Shown piece after piece: positions 12,601-22,802 of a stretch of 64,000 nt of DNA. The position numbers were made by a program, and so were the translations under genes. The notes beneath the pieces are model-generated. The model made no database searches and was not told where the DNA came from. It saw only the letters and a list, made by a program, of their open reading frames with translations. Source of the DNA: Octopus sinensis (Eukaryota); assembly GCF_006345805.1 (NCBI RefSeq), contig NC_043004.1, forward strand, positions 106,516,001 to 106,580,000. Direction: 5' to 3'. Position 1 is the stretch's first letter; every line of letters begins with the position of its first letter.

Positions 12601-15600
12601 TCTTTGATCTCTTTCGGCACAGTCTTTGATCTCTGTCGACACCCTCTTTGATCTCTGTCGGCATGCTCTTTGATCTCTTTCTGCATGCTCTTTGATCTCT
12701 GTCGGCTGGCTATTTGAACTGTCGGCGTCCTCTTTGATCTCTGTCGGCACGCACTTTGATCTTTGTCGGCACGCTCTTTGATATCTGTCAGCACCCTCTT
12801 TGATCTCTGTCGGCACCCTCTTTGATCTCTGTCGGCACCCTCTTTGATCTCTTTCGTGACCATCTTTGTCAGCACGCTCTTTGATCTCTGTCAACACTCC
12901 TCTTTGATCTCTTTCGGACCGTCTTTGATCTCTGTCGGCACTCCTCTTATTTCTGTCGGTTCGCTCTTTGATCTCTGTCGGCACCATCTTTGATATCTGT
13001 CGACTCCCTCTTTGATCTCTGTCGGCATCCTCCTTTGATCTCTGTCTGCAGCTTCTTTGAACTCTTTCGGCACCGACTTTGATCTCTTTCGGCATGCTTT
13101 TTGATCTCTGTCGACAGGCTCTGTCGGCGCCCTCTTTGATCTATGTCGGCAGGCTCTTTGACCTCTGTCGGCAGGCTCTTTGACCTCTGTCGGCACCCTC
13201 TTTAATCTCTGTCAACACTCCTCTTTGATCTCTTTCAGGAACCTCTTTGATCTCTGTCGGCACGCTCTTTGATCTCTGTCGGTACCGTCTTTGATCTCTG
13301 TCAGCAGGCTCTTTGATCTCTCTCGGCACCCTATTTGATCTCTTTCGGCACGCATTTTGATCTCTGTCGGCAGGCTCTTTGACCTCTGTTGGGGCCTTCT
13401 TTGGTCTCTGTCGGCACCCTCTTTGATCTCTGTCGGCACCCACTTTGATCTCTGTCAACACTCCTCTTTGATCTCTTTCGTGACCATCTTTGATCTTTGT
13501 CGGCACGCTCTTTCATCTCTGTCAACACTCCTCTTTGATCTCTTTCGGACCATCTTTGATATTTGTCGGCATGCTCTTAAAATTTTCGGTGAAAATTTTC
13601 GAAAAATTATTGGCGAAAATTTTTGAAAAATTTTTGGGGAAAGTTTTGGGGGAAAATTTTCGAAAAATTTTTGAGTAAAATTTTCGGGAAAAATTTTCGA
13701 AAAATTTTTGGGGAAAATTTTTGCAAAATCTTTTGGTAAAATTTTCTGTGAAAATTTTCGAAAAAATGTGTGAAAATTTTTGAAAAGTTTTTGGGTAAAA
13801 TTTTCGGTGAATATTTTGGAAAAATTTTTGGGTAAAATTTTCAGTGAAAATTCTGGAAAAATTTTTGGTGAAAATTTTCGAAAAATTTTTTGATAAAAGT
13901 TTCGGTGAAAATTTTTGAAAAATTTTTGGTTGAAATTTTCGAAAATTTCTTTGGAAAAATTTTTCGAAGAATTCTTAGGGAAAATTTTCGAAAAATTTTT
14001 GGTGAAAATTTTCGAGAAATTTTTGGGTAAAATTTTCTGTGAAAATTTTGGAAAAATTTTTGGGTAAAATTTTCGAAAAATTTTTTGATAAAAGTTTCGG
14101 TGAAAATTTTTGAAAAATTTTTGGTTGAAATTTTCGAAAATTTCTTTGGAAAAATTTTTCGAAGAATTCTTAGGGAAAATTTTCGAAAAATTTTTGGTGA
14201 AAATTTTCGAGAAATTTTTGGGTAAAATTTTCTGTGAAAATTTTGGAAAAATTTTTGGGTAAAATTTTCGGTAAAGTTTTTGGTAAAAGTTTCGGTGAAA
14301 ATTTTTGAAAAATTTTTGGTTGAAATTTTCGAAAAATTCTTTGGAAAAATTTTTAGAAAAATTCTTAGGGAAAATTTTCGAAAAATTTTTGGTGAAAATT
14401 TTCTGTGAAAACTTTAGAAAAATTTTTGGGTAAAATTTTCGGTGAAAATTTTTGAAAAATTTTTGGGTAAAATTTTCGAAAAATGTTTTGGTAAAATTTT
14501 CGAAAAATTTTTGGGTAAAATTTTCGGTGAAAATTTTTGGATAAAATTTTCCGTGAAAACTTTCGAAAAATTTTTGGGCAAGTGTCTTCTTGAAAGCAAG
14601 ACTGGAAAGCAGGCTTCTCAACCACATAGCCATGTCTTTGAATATTTTGTAAAGAATTTCTAAAGCAGAAAAATATCAAATAATTTATGGAATTCTAAAT
14701 AAATGCCAGTTGATCCTCCCCCACTTTAATATATAACCTTGCTCTCATAACACATTAGGGAAACTATTGTACATTAGGCATATAATAGGTTTGATAGAAA
14801 GTTATATGAAGTACAGGTGAATGGCAACAGGACAACTGCTTCCTACCCTCACTGCAACAATGATGATGATGATAAAGACCCTAATGATTATAACAATGAG
14901 TGTGAAGATGGTGATTATGACATTGAGAATGTTTGGAATCATGATAGCAATGACACTGCGGATGGTACCAACAAAGATAACGAGGATAGCAGTTATGGTG
15001 ATGATGGAAAAAGCAAGAGATGAAGCTAAATTAAAAATAAGCTAAATTTAAAATAAAGATGTTTGCACTCTAGAAATGTTTATTGTAAAAGTTGTTATGG
15101 ATGTTTCCATCAATTAAACATTTTTTTAAAATTTTCTTTTTGTTTAGAGAGTCTTATGTTTGCCCATCAAAGTCCTGTGACACTCCAATGGTCGATCACG
15201 TGAGACGCTTTGTACATGAGAATAGTTGTATCACAGTGGATCTTCGCAAGCTTGACCGCATCATTCCTGGAGCTGAAAAGAATATTTTCATGTGGAGTCG
15301 GTGTCGCAAATGCAAACAGGTAATGCACTGTGATTTCTTATACCTTTTCTTTTTTAACTACACAGACATACTCCATTAAGAATATCATCTGTAATAAGAT
15401 AGATAATTTCATCATATTTAAATATCTCTATAGAAGTTGTTTGAACAGATGTATTCATAGTTGACTTTCCAGGTCTGAAAGACATTATATAACTTGGATG
15501 TACATCATACATCTTACCACCCCTTTTTTATTTTAGATCATGTCCAAGGAGCTATTCTCCCACCTTACCGGTAACATTTTACCAAAACTCTAGACTCACT

Positions 15601-18195
15601 GGTTCATTATTTCATTTATCATTATGTTAGTACCATTAAGTAAGGTAGACTCACTTGATGTCTCTGACTTTCTTTCTCTTGTCTACTTTCAGTATTTCAC
15701 CACATCTGTCCTACCCATGCATGCATGGAAGATGGACGTTAAACAATGATGATGATCTAGAATTCCCCTTAGATTTGTTGGGGATTCTAGATGTGGCGAA
15801 ATACTGAAAGTAGACAGGAGAAAGTACTACTGTCTTAAAAGAGAAGGAAGTGCTCCTGTTTTAAAAGGGAAAAAAAGCATTCATTAATGTACTCCTAGAA
15901 CACTAAAGGGAAGACTGTCTTGCTGGGATATACCTTTTGTCATTGATTTGCTCAACCATGACTAATCTAGAGTTAAATAACAACAAAAGCTAATTATACT
16001 TTAGAAACCATTTTTCTCAGTCCATTCACTAGTAGTTTCTGTATTTGTTTGGATTGTAATTATGGAAATGAATGAGTTCACCAAAGCATAAGCTGTTATG
16101 GCACCAATGAAAGTGACCAGTGAATGTTAATATGGAGATTACTTCTATATACTCTTTTGCTAGTTTCAGGTGTCTGGCACTGGCCAGGCTTGCTGTATGA
16201 CTATAAAAATACATACAAAAATGATATTGTACTACTTCTAGGAAATACATGTAATGAGATTGTAGTCAAATCGGATGTGTATTTAATGAATTAAGTGCAG
16301 TACCTAACCTTCCCAGAATAAATACATTCTTCTTCTGTGCAATAGAGACCATGTAGTGAACTTTGCACTCTCACTATGACTTCATTCTTTCAGGTTACCC
16401 CATTAGGGCGTATGACAATGGACACTTGGAACATGTCTTTCTCTAAATACTTAGAATTGAGATTTCATGGAAGTATGTACAAAAGGCGAGTTAGTGCTGA
16501 ACCTTGCAATCATTCTTTACATCATGACCACTGTCAATATTTTGGATACAAGGACATTGTAGCATATTTCAAGTGAGTACATATTAACTGAAAAATTTAC
16601 AAATCTACAAGTAGGTACTGAAAAGTTCCTGGCTTTGGGTAAAAGAAAATACCCTCTCAAATTCATATACTTATTGCAGCGGTCCTTCAGTTTTTCTAAG
16701 CTCTATAAAAGAACTAAGAAGGCTGGGACCTCCAACCAAGCCCTTTGTGATACCCTTAAAGCCAGGAACTTTTCAGCACCCCGTCATATATACAACACTA
16801 TATACTAAATAAAATCACACTAATCTAACATTGTTATATTGGTTTCCTCTATTTCAGATACAGCACCGTTTCACTTTGTGAGGTTGCTCTGCCCTCTATT
16901 GTTGTTGAATATCATCATCAGCCTTGTTTTCCTGCAGAACTTAACAGAAGAGCTGTCAGTCTTAGTCACAAGTAAGTTACAGGTTATTGTTTCTTTGTGA
17001 GTTTCTCATAAAGATTTTTCTGTGAGTTGCTAATAGTAACATTTTCAACCACTCACATTAATATTTCGCTTATGAGCCAGTAAAAAAGGTAGATGGTTGG
17101 GTAGGCTTATTCAACCTGTGTAAAAATACTATACACATATATTTATGCTTGCGTGTGTGTGTCACATTTATCCACTACCACTGCTCGACATTTGGTGTTG
17201 GTGTGTTTATATCCCCATAACTTAGCGTTTCAGTAGAAAAGACTAATAGAATAAGTAAAGGCTTATCAATTTGGCAAAAATTCTTGTAGGCTGTGCCCCA
17301 GCATGGCTGCAGTCTAATGACTGAAACAAGTAAAAGATAAAGGATATATATATATATAATATATATATATATATAATTTTAAATTTAAAATAAGGGTGAG
17401 AAATTAGATATTAATTTAATTAACATCGATTTCACACCAGTGGTCTAGCATAAAAAAACTGAAGGTTCAGTAAAACTGTATTATATATGTATTAGAGGAA
17501 ACCACAATGTGGACACCCATATGCTAGAAATAGATCCACTACGGTCTCACCACCAAGAAATGTTCTCAAGTAAAATTTAGCAAAACAACCAAAACGTAAT
17601 CGAGCAAGACAAAAGAAAAAGCAATAAAAATATGGATTATTCATATACATGTTTCACTATTAACAAATTATGCAATCTTACTTACGTAATTGTCCGTAGA
17701 TCATCAGTACGACCGTCCAAGGTGACTATAATTTGTAGGACTGCATACTAAGACGTCCACACAGAGTCAGACTTGTAAAACTGTCCTACCCATTACACTT
17801 GTGGCTACTATTTTAAATGTCCTCCTTTTGGCGCACTAAATTACCAGAAAAATTGATGCTGCAGATAATACTTTACTACAGCAGCCTTTGCCGGTTAGAG
17901 AACTTATTAATTTAATTTTAAATTTAAAATAAGGGTGAGAAATTAGATATTAATTTAATTAACATCGATTGCACACCAGTGGTCTAGCATAAAAAAACTG
18001 AAGGTTCAGTAAAACTGTATTATATATATATATATATTAGAGGGAAACCACTATGTGGACGCCCATATGCTAGAAATAGGTCCGCTACGGTCTCACCACG
18101 ATTACATATCGGATCTATTTCTAGCATATGGGTGTCCACATAGTGGTTTCCCTCTAATACATATGTGTGTGTGTATATATATATATATGTGTGTA

Positions 18196-18259
<64 letters not shown>

Positions 18260-21200
18260 TATATATACACACACACACACATATAGGGAGAGAGAGAGGG
18301 GGCTTCATTCATTGTTCACCGTAAGTATTTGTTGAACACACTAATGTTTTCATACAATAAGGTCATATGTATACATGAACACACAAATATAGAATGATTT
18401 GTATTTGTAAAGTATATTTTAATCTTACGATTATTTTAATTCAGTTTTCTGTCTCTCTACAGAGGTATGGATTTATACAATGCTATATGGGAGCAAACTA
18501 TCAAACTGCAAAATGATTACTCCTTACAACAGAACCAGTCAAAGATACTCACAGACTATCTGGCTTTCCAGAAGGTGAATTCTGTTTATATTTCCACTCT
18601 GTTCTACTTTTGTATAATTTTACTATAAAAAAATCTAACTTGAAATAAATTTTTTGCAGTTTCTTTGAAAATATTATTATTCTTCTGTAGAGGTTTTGGT
18701 ATGTTGACGTGACTTCCCAGCCTGTTTTTGAATTCCACTTAGCACTATTTCCCTTATATTACTAAGTGGGAAAGCCATGAATGTCAGCTTTCCAATTCTC
18801 TTATCTTCTAAATGAATATTACTGAGTATTATGTCTGTATAAAACAAGCATTATAAACATTCTTGTAAGTGTTTTTAAAGTAATAAGTGATAGACTCAGT
18901 AGAATAGTCTTTTCTACTCTAGGTACAAGGCCCGAAAATTTTGAGGAGGAGGCCAGTCAACTGGTACTTAATTTATTGACCCCGAAAGGATGAAGGGCAA
19001 AGTCGACCTTGGCGGAATTTGAATTCAGAATGTAGATAGATGAAATACCGCTGAGCATTTCACCTGGTCTGCTAACGTTTCTGCCAGCTCGATGCTTTAC
19101 TCAGTAGAACATTAACAGAATTGATGGCATGAATATCACATAGGCATATCATATGCATCCCAATTTCAGCAGCACATTATCATCATCATCATTTAATGTC
19201 TGTTTTCCATGCTGGCATGGGTTGGATGGTTTGACTGGAGTCAGCCAGAGTGCTGCACCAGACCTCAATTGTGTTTCAGCATGGTTTCTACAGCTTGATG
19301 CCCTTCCTAATGCCAACCACTTTACAGTGTACTGTATGCTTTCTATGTGGCACCTGCACAAGTGCTTCTGTGTCTGTTTTGGCAGGGTTTTTATGGATGG
19401 ATGCCATTCTTAACATCAGCCACACAGCAGAGTGGACTGAGTGCTTTTTATGTGGCACAAGCACAGGCAAGGTCAGTGTGTGTGAGTGTATATGTATGTG
19501 TGTGTGTGTATAAAAGAAAAAGAAGAAAATGGCGAAAATGACATATAGACATCAATTTATTGAAACAAATCCAATTTCAAACAATATCAAACTCACAGAA
19601 CCTACAATTGTTTCCCTGTCCAATCAGTTAATTCTAATTAGAAAAATTAAATCAAAGATTCATATTGAATATAGTGAATTGAGCATTTCGTCAGGGTCAG
19701 AACTTGATAGAAAAAGGAACCACATCCCAATGGGTTGGTATATCATTAGTAGACTCAGCATTCAATTCAGATACTTGTGCACTTGTGCATTCTAATGTAT
19801 TTAAAAAAAAAACATTACTTGTGTATATGCAACCTTGTTTTAGTTTATTCGTGCATGTGTGTGTGGTTAATGTGTTGAAAAACAAAGGAGGTGTTAGGTT
19901 GCCTAAACAATAATTTGATATGGTCAATTGTAATTAAAAACATTTTTTCCTAATTTTTAATTATTACTTGTGAGAGTACGGAAATATCAGCAAAGTTTTT
20001 TAATCACTTACAAATTATATTGTAAGTCACCTAGTTATAACCTCTAGTATTAATAATTAAATACTAATTTTTTAATTTTTATAATTTAAAACATAAATCA
20101 TAGTTACTTTAACCATGTACCACATGACCATGATGAAATTCAGTCTGTTTTTGTGCACAATATATTTTTTTATTATAATATCTACTAAGAATTATTTTCT
20201 AAGCCTCTTGGCTATAGTTGTTGGTATTAACAATTAAATACTAATTTATCTAATATAATTTAAATCATAAATACATCCTTTGTCTACTGCACACCACATG
20301 ATGACAATGTCCACCATTCACTACAGCTGTTACACCACGTCATCGAGACCTGTGCACAATACACTTTTTTTTACTACAACAATGAGAAAAAGACACAGAC
20401 GACCACAACTGAGAAACACATCAACATTAATATAATCAAAATTAATAGCATGTATTATACACATACCCACACAAAAAAGTTTTGAGTTCATTAAAGCATG
20501 AAATCTAAATCCAATTTCACATACATGACCCAGGGTGATTTTTTTTTTTTTTTTTTTTTTTGAGGTATCTTTTCAGAAAAAAGTGCATCTTATATGCCAT
20601 TGAATATGGTAGTACATTGCTTTACTTTCTGTGTTCAAATTTCACCAAGGTTAACTTTATTTTTCTTTCTTCAAAGTTTGATAAAATAAGCCCAGTCTGT
20701 TATTGAATAAGATTAAGTCAATTATAAATTAATTATCGCCCTCCTCCAAAAAATATTTACAATTGTCGTAAATCACTATTATTATTGATTTTGTTTTTCT
20801 GTCATGAATTATAGAGTGAGAGGGCTTCCCTGAATAAACATGCTGATGAAATCCACCAGAAACTGCAGTTATTAGAGTCATTGAGTAAAAAAAACAGTGA
20901 GGGAAAATTTGAAAATGAAGGTAAGGCCATTTTTTTGTGTTGCTTTTACAGTTTTGTAGCATGAGTAAAGTTATTAAAAATCTGAGTAACCTTTTTAAGA
21001 CTAGTAACTCAACATTGACAGCTAGTTTGCATCTTTGCAGCTTTAGATGACCTAAAGAGCTGTGGCTGTTGGGTAGGTTTCAGTGACAACAATTTCATGA
21101 AAATCTTTTTTATGCTTTCTCTTTGACAGAAGTTTGTTTTTCCTTGAGCAATCAAATCGCAGACAGTCTGACAAGTTTAACACAGATGGTTGCAGAAGCA

Positions 21201-22762
21201 GTGGTAAACTGGAATGCAAAGTAAGAATTTGTTTGAATTTTCTTAAGTTCATTCAGCTTTCTTAAGTATATGAAATGGCAGTGGATTGGATTGGATTGCC
21301 CATTTTCAGCCCACTGCAGGACAAAAGCCTCAACATATTCTCACCACCCAGCCATTGTCTGATATGTATACTGTGTATTTGATCTTGAGATCATACTGGT
21401 TTGATGAGCCTACTCAGCATAGGTTGGCAGAGGGGTGCAGTGTTTTTTATACTCATACCTAGGAATAGTTAAGTCAGTTACATAGTCCCCAGTGTTTAAC
21501 TAGTACTTACTTTTTTGACCCTGAAAGGATGAACTACAAAGTCGGTCTCAGTGGAATTTGAACTCAGAATGTAAGGACTGATGAAATATCCACTAAGCAT
21601 TTCACTCAGCATGATAACAATTCTACTAGCTCACTACCCGACAAAATGGCATAAGTACTGACATTGTGCAGCAGAAAAATATAACATAAAGTCAAAAACA
21701 ACAAGGCCAATAGGTGAACTCTGTTCTTGCTCAGTCAGCACCATCATCATCATCGTTTAACGTCTGCTTTCCCTGCTGGCATGGGTCGGACGGTTTGACT
21801 GAGGACTAGCAAGCCAGAGGGCTGCTCCAGGCCCCAATCTGATCTGACAAGGTTTCTACAGCTGGATTCCCTTCCTAATGCCAACCACTCTGAGAGTGTA
21901 GTGGGTGCTTTTTACATGCCACCGGCATGTGGGCCAGTCAGGCGGTACTGGCATCAGCCATGCTTAAATGGTGCCTTTTACGTGCCACCAGAATGGGAGC
22001 CAGTCAGGCAGCACTGGCAACAACCACACTTGAATAGTGCTTTTTATGTGCCACCAGCATGGGACCAGTCAGGTGGTACTTGCATTGACCATGTTTATAT
22101 GGTGCATTTTATGTGCCACCGGCACAGGAGCCATGTCTTAGCCCAAACTCTCTAAAGCAATTTTTTCTCTCAAACATTTGGATGATGAGTTTATGATAAA
22201 GTTTAATCCAAATCAGTTTGTGAAATGAATATATTCCTGGCAAGAGTATATTTCTCTGATTTAGCTCACAAACTCTTTACTTGCTTAGAACCCTTAAGTT
22301 TAAACATAGAGTTGATAACCTCTCCTGTCTTTGAATTCAGATTTGTCTAGATTTTGTAATAATATGTTTACCTCATTAGTAGGAGTTTATATCCCAAATG
22401 CTTAACTTGAATATATTTCACAGTTCTATACATTAATGTTATTAATAGTGCTATAATTAACAATACAAATAATAATTTAAACTGTTTCTTTGAAGAATTC
22501 AAGATTTTCTGGTGCAAAAGAAAGAGAAGTCCAAAACACAAAGCCCTGCTGTGAAGGAACATCAGTCATCTTTAGATGTGGTAAGTGTTATTTCATCCCA
22601 TTTTACAAATCTAATAAAATCAATCTGTAATAAAAATATTATGGAGATTCAAATATGTAAACTAAAAAACTCCACTAATAACTGGAATATCATCACTTCA
22701 AATCCTCAAACAGCCATAATGTTGTTTCCGTAGGCAAGTTTTATTACTGTGACTCAATCAAA

Positions 22763-22802
<40 letters not shown>

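Noticed and set aside
10417-13578. CRISPR-like appearance (constant repeat plus variable segment)
   Set aside because: The variable part is only about 3 nt and is reused; no unique spacers, leader or cas genes; eukaryotic intron.
10221-13626. Many overlapping minus-strand ORFs ([21 protein letters not shown]) suggesting a repetitive protein
   Set aside because: The 22-bp consensus has no stop codon in any minus-strand frame, so long ORFs arise automatically; frames switch at indels and there is no unique domain or splice context.
8319-14590. 17-bp inverted repeat read as TIRs of a cut-and-paste transposon
   Set aside because: The arms are SINE-derived and already exist as a hairpin at about 7150-7205; no target-site duplication and no transposase. 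Kept only as a junction feature.
13455-14633. 392-aa K/F/N-rich ORF
   Set aside because: Conceptual translation of the AAAATTTT satellite, which is stop-poor by composition.
14817-15023. Acidic 68-aa ORF preceded by an AG, as a possible extra exon or small gene
   Set aside because: Decayed (GAT/GAC/AAT)n low-complexity DNA; exons 4 and 5 already join in phase with continuous homology (CF-R-ESYVCP).
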